From PVC group bacterium (GTDB lineage Bacteria > GCA-001730085 > JADFSZ01), in contig JADFSZ010000095.1 of NCBI GenBank assembly GCA_022560555.1, positions 1 through 6,799 on the forward strand: a stretch of DNA of 6,799 nucleotides. Reading direction: 5' to 3'. The notes under the pieces are model-generated. The model was given only the letters and a program-made list of their open reading frames with translations. It searched no databases and was not told where the DNA came from. A program made the position numbers and the translations under genes. Shown here piece by piece: positions 5,803-6,799 of the stretch (positions within the stretch are counted from its first letter, which is position 1; each line of letters begins with the position of its first letter).

Positions 5803-6530
5803 TTTAAATAGGCCTGCGGATTAATGGGTCTTGAATTTCTTCTGATTTCGAAATAGAGCTGAGATGCCTCAGCTCGGCCCGTTGTTCCGGCAAGGGCAAT
5901 AATCTCTCCCTGTTTAACCGACTGTCCTTTCAAGACCATGTTTTTTGAATTATGGGCATAGACGGAGGAATAACCGTTTCCGTGCTCAATGATAATAACT
6001 TTTCCAAGTCCGGTCATATCATCATCAACATACGTTACAATACCGCCTCGGGAGGCCATCACCTTTGTCCCCTCGCCGGTAGAAACAACTATACCTCGAT
6101 AGGGCACACCATTTTTTTGGTCTCCAAATTTATGAATAACCTTTCCTTGAACCGGCCATCGAAAATTTCCTTTTTTACTTAAAGTCTCTCTGGAATAAGT
6201 TCTTTGCTTTGTCGATGAATAAGCGCTATTCACAACAAGCCTTTGCCCTGGATAAATCGTGGAACTCTTTGTCAGGTTATTCATTCTGAGAAACGTCTCA
6301 AGAGCTAAACCATATTTTTGAGATATGCGCCACAGAGTCTCACCTTTTCGAACGACATGCGTATACGGAATCTGCTGACGATCAGCGCTTTTAGACACAA
6401 GCATGGAAGAATTATTCTTATTTCGACGAACGGTTTGTGAACGCGTGGAACACCCCGTCAAACATAAAGAGAGGAACATCAAAAGAACAAAACGCCTCAC
6501 AAAAACCACCCTTGTTTTTTTTCTCTCCAT
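5799..6530 (-). CDS. nlpD: NlpD-like lipoprotein: lipobox signal peptide, LysM domain and degenerate LytM (M23) domain
   Basis: The signal peptide MERKKTRVVFVRRFVLLMFLSLCLTGC has lipobox L-T-G-C with Cys27. The LysM domain is YTHVVRKGETLWRISQKYGLALETFLRMNNLTKSSTIYPGQRLVV. The M23 fold block is GIVVSTGEGTKVMASRGGIVTYV...GKVIIIEHGNGYSSVYAHNSKNMVLKGQSVKQGEIIALAGTTGRAEASQLYFEIR. The metal-binding motifs are replaced: HxxxD becomes Y-R-G-I-V and HxH becomes Q-L-Y. Confidence 0.85.
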   Translation of the reverse strand: MERKKTRVVFVRRFVLLMFLSLCLTGCSTRSQTVRRNKNNSSMLVSKSADRQQIPYTHVVRKGETLWRISQKYGLALETFLRMNNLTKSSTIYPGQRLVVNSAYSSTKQRTYSRETLSKKGNFRWPVQGKVIHKFGDQKNGVPYRGIVVSTGEGTKVMASRGGIVTYVDDDMTGLGKVIIIEHGNGYSSVYAHNSKNMVLKGQSVKQGEIIALAGTTGRAEASQLYFEIRRNSRPINPQAYLK

Positions 6531-6582
6531 TATAGTTTCCCCAGTATGATTCTATCCAAAACCAAAAAAGTCGATTATCTTT

Positions 6583-6614
6583 CATTCCAAAATCTACATT
6601 CCGAAATCCGAAAT
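6583..6614. repeat. Short tandem direct repeats in the AT-rich region upstream of the nlpD-like gene
   Basis: CATTCCAAAATC (6583-6594) and CATTCCGAAATC (6597-6608) match at 11 of 12 positions. The second copy overlaps a TCCGAAA TCCGAAA tandem (6600-6606 and 6607-6613). Confidence 0.5.
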
Positions 6615-6637
6615 TGAGTTAGCGGGTGACGCCTCTC

Positions 6638-6721
6638 ATGCACAGGTTCCTCCCGAATCGGCAACCCTGAAAGCTTGTGTCAGGTTTCTACATGGGCCTG
6701 GAACCTAATAAGCTCGTGCAT
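6638..6721. other. Long nested imperfect hairpin (candidate structured RNA element, strand undetermined)
   Basis: ATGCAC (6638-6643) pairs with GTGCAT (6716-6721). AGGTTCC (6644-6650) pairs with GGAACCT (6700-6706), leaving a 9-nt bulge AATAAGCTC (6707-6715). Inner pairs are CCC (6652-6654) with GGG (6694-6696) and AACCCTGA (6663-6670) with TCAGGTTT (6680-6687, one mismatch), around loop AAGCTTGTG. All three plus-strand frames carry stops across it. Confidence 0.4.
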
Positions 6722-6724
6722 AAT

Positions 6725-6749
6725 TTTAGAAGAGCTTGGCTCTTCTAAA
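6725..6749. repeat. Perfect 11-bp inverted repeat with a 3-nt loop
   Basis: TTTAGAAGAGC (6725-6735), TTG loop, GCTCTTCTAAA (6739-6749). All 11 pairs are Watson-Crick. It shares the core AGAGCTTGGCTCT with the next hairpin. Confidence 0.7.
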
Positions 6750-6758
6750 CATTAGGCG

Positions 6759-6780
6759 TTTGTAGAGCTTGCTCTACGGA
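6759..6780. repeat. Second hairpin with a related core (AGAGCTTGCTCT)
   Basis: GTAGAG (6762-6767), CTTG loop, CTCTAC (6772-6777). On the plus strand only, the stem extends by T6759-A6780 and two T-G wobbles (6760-6779 and 6761-6778). Confidence 0.6.
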
Positions 6781-6799
6781 AACTCCTGACCTTATCCCG

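Noticed and set aside
1220-6182. Plus-strand ORFs (1220-1444, 1457-1789, 2183-2491, 3070-3291, 3340-3522, 4933-5172, 5105-5290, 5182-5427, 5952-6182) and nested minus-strand ORFs (404-586, 4628-4819, 5361-5576).
   Set aside because: All lie antisense to, or out of frame within, strongly supported genes. Their compositions are biased (Ser/Arg/Phe-rich, low complexity) and I recognise no motifs. They are typical shadow ORFs.
6725-6749. The perfect 11-bp hairpin as a Rho-independent terminator.
   Set aside because: The stem is A/T-rich at its base. The downstream sequence is TAAACATTAGG on the plus strand and AATTATGCACG on the minus strand. Neither provides a proper U-tract.
6620-6799. Assignment of the structured block to a known RNA family (RNase P RNA, tmRNA, SRP/4.5S RNA, 5S rRNA, 6S RNA, or TPP, cobalamin or c-di-GMP riboswitches).
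   Set aside because: The hallmark motifs I looked for on both strands are absent. These were GGAAAGTCC and ACAGAACCCGGCTTA for RNase P, a GGTTCGAxTCC T-loop plus CCACCA for tmRNA, GGTCCGGAAGGAAGCAGC for SRP, CTGAGA plus CCTGATCTGGATAATGCC for TPP, and the GCCACTG B12 box. Only a covariance-model search can settle the question.
1-6799. CRISPR arrays, defence systems, toxin-antitoxin pairs, a DGR or retron, or a prophage.
   Set aside because: The window has no spaced direct-repeat array, no reverse transcriptase, nuclease, ATPase or methylase genes of defence type, and no phage or transposon genes. Every substantial ORF has a confident housekeeping or envelope assignment.

Overview
This is an AT-rich stretch (about 40% G+C by eye) of a diderm bacterial chromosome. 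Every credible gene lies on the minus strand in one tightly packed, mostly housekeeping array. In transcription order (high to low coordinate) it reads: NlpD-like LysM/LytM lipoprotein, YfcE/MJ0936-type metallophosphoesterase, proA, nadD, a 253-nt spacer, an orphan prepilin-type (DUF1559 / H-X9-DG-like) protein, rsfS, a single LolC/E-type permease, a LolD-type ATPase, and tRNA-Thr(CGU). The pseudopilin type and the Lol/NlpD envelope genes suggest a PVC-group or related candidate-phylum organism such as Omnitrophota; this is inference only. I see no transposase, integrase, CRISPR array, toxin-antitoxin pair or recognisable defence gene, and no convincing novel multi-gene system. Five smaller oddities deserve a second look. 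(1) The lolD-like CDS reads 38 nt into the same-strand tRNA and stops in its anticodon loop. (2) A GC-enriched, strongly structured non-coding block at 6620-6799 is cut by the window edge; it has one long nested hairpin and two hairpins sharing an AGAGCTTG(G)CTCT core. (3) The pseudopilin gene and its spacer are inserted into the normally contiguous nadD-rsfS pair. (4) That spacer has four GATC sites within 40 nt. (5) The spacer also holds a signal-peptide-like mini-ORF that an A6 tract separates, by a -1 frame, from a second mini-ORF. All plus-strand ORFs in the track look like antisense shadows of the minus-strand genes.
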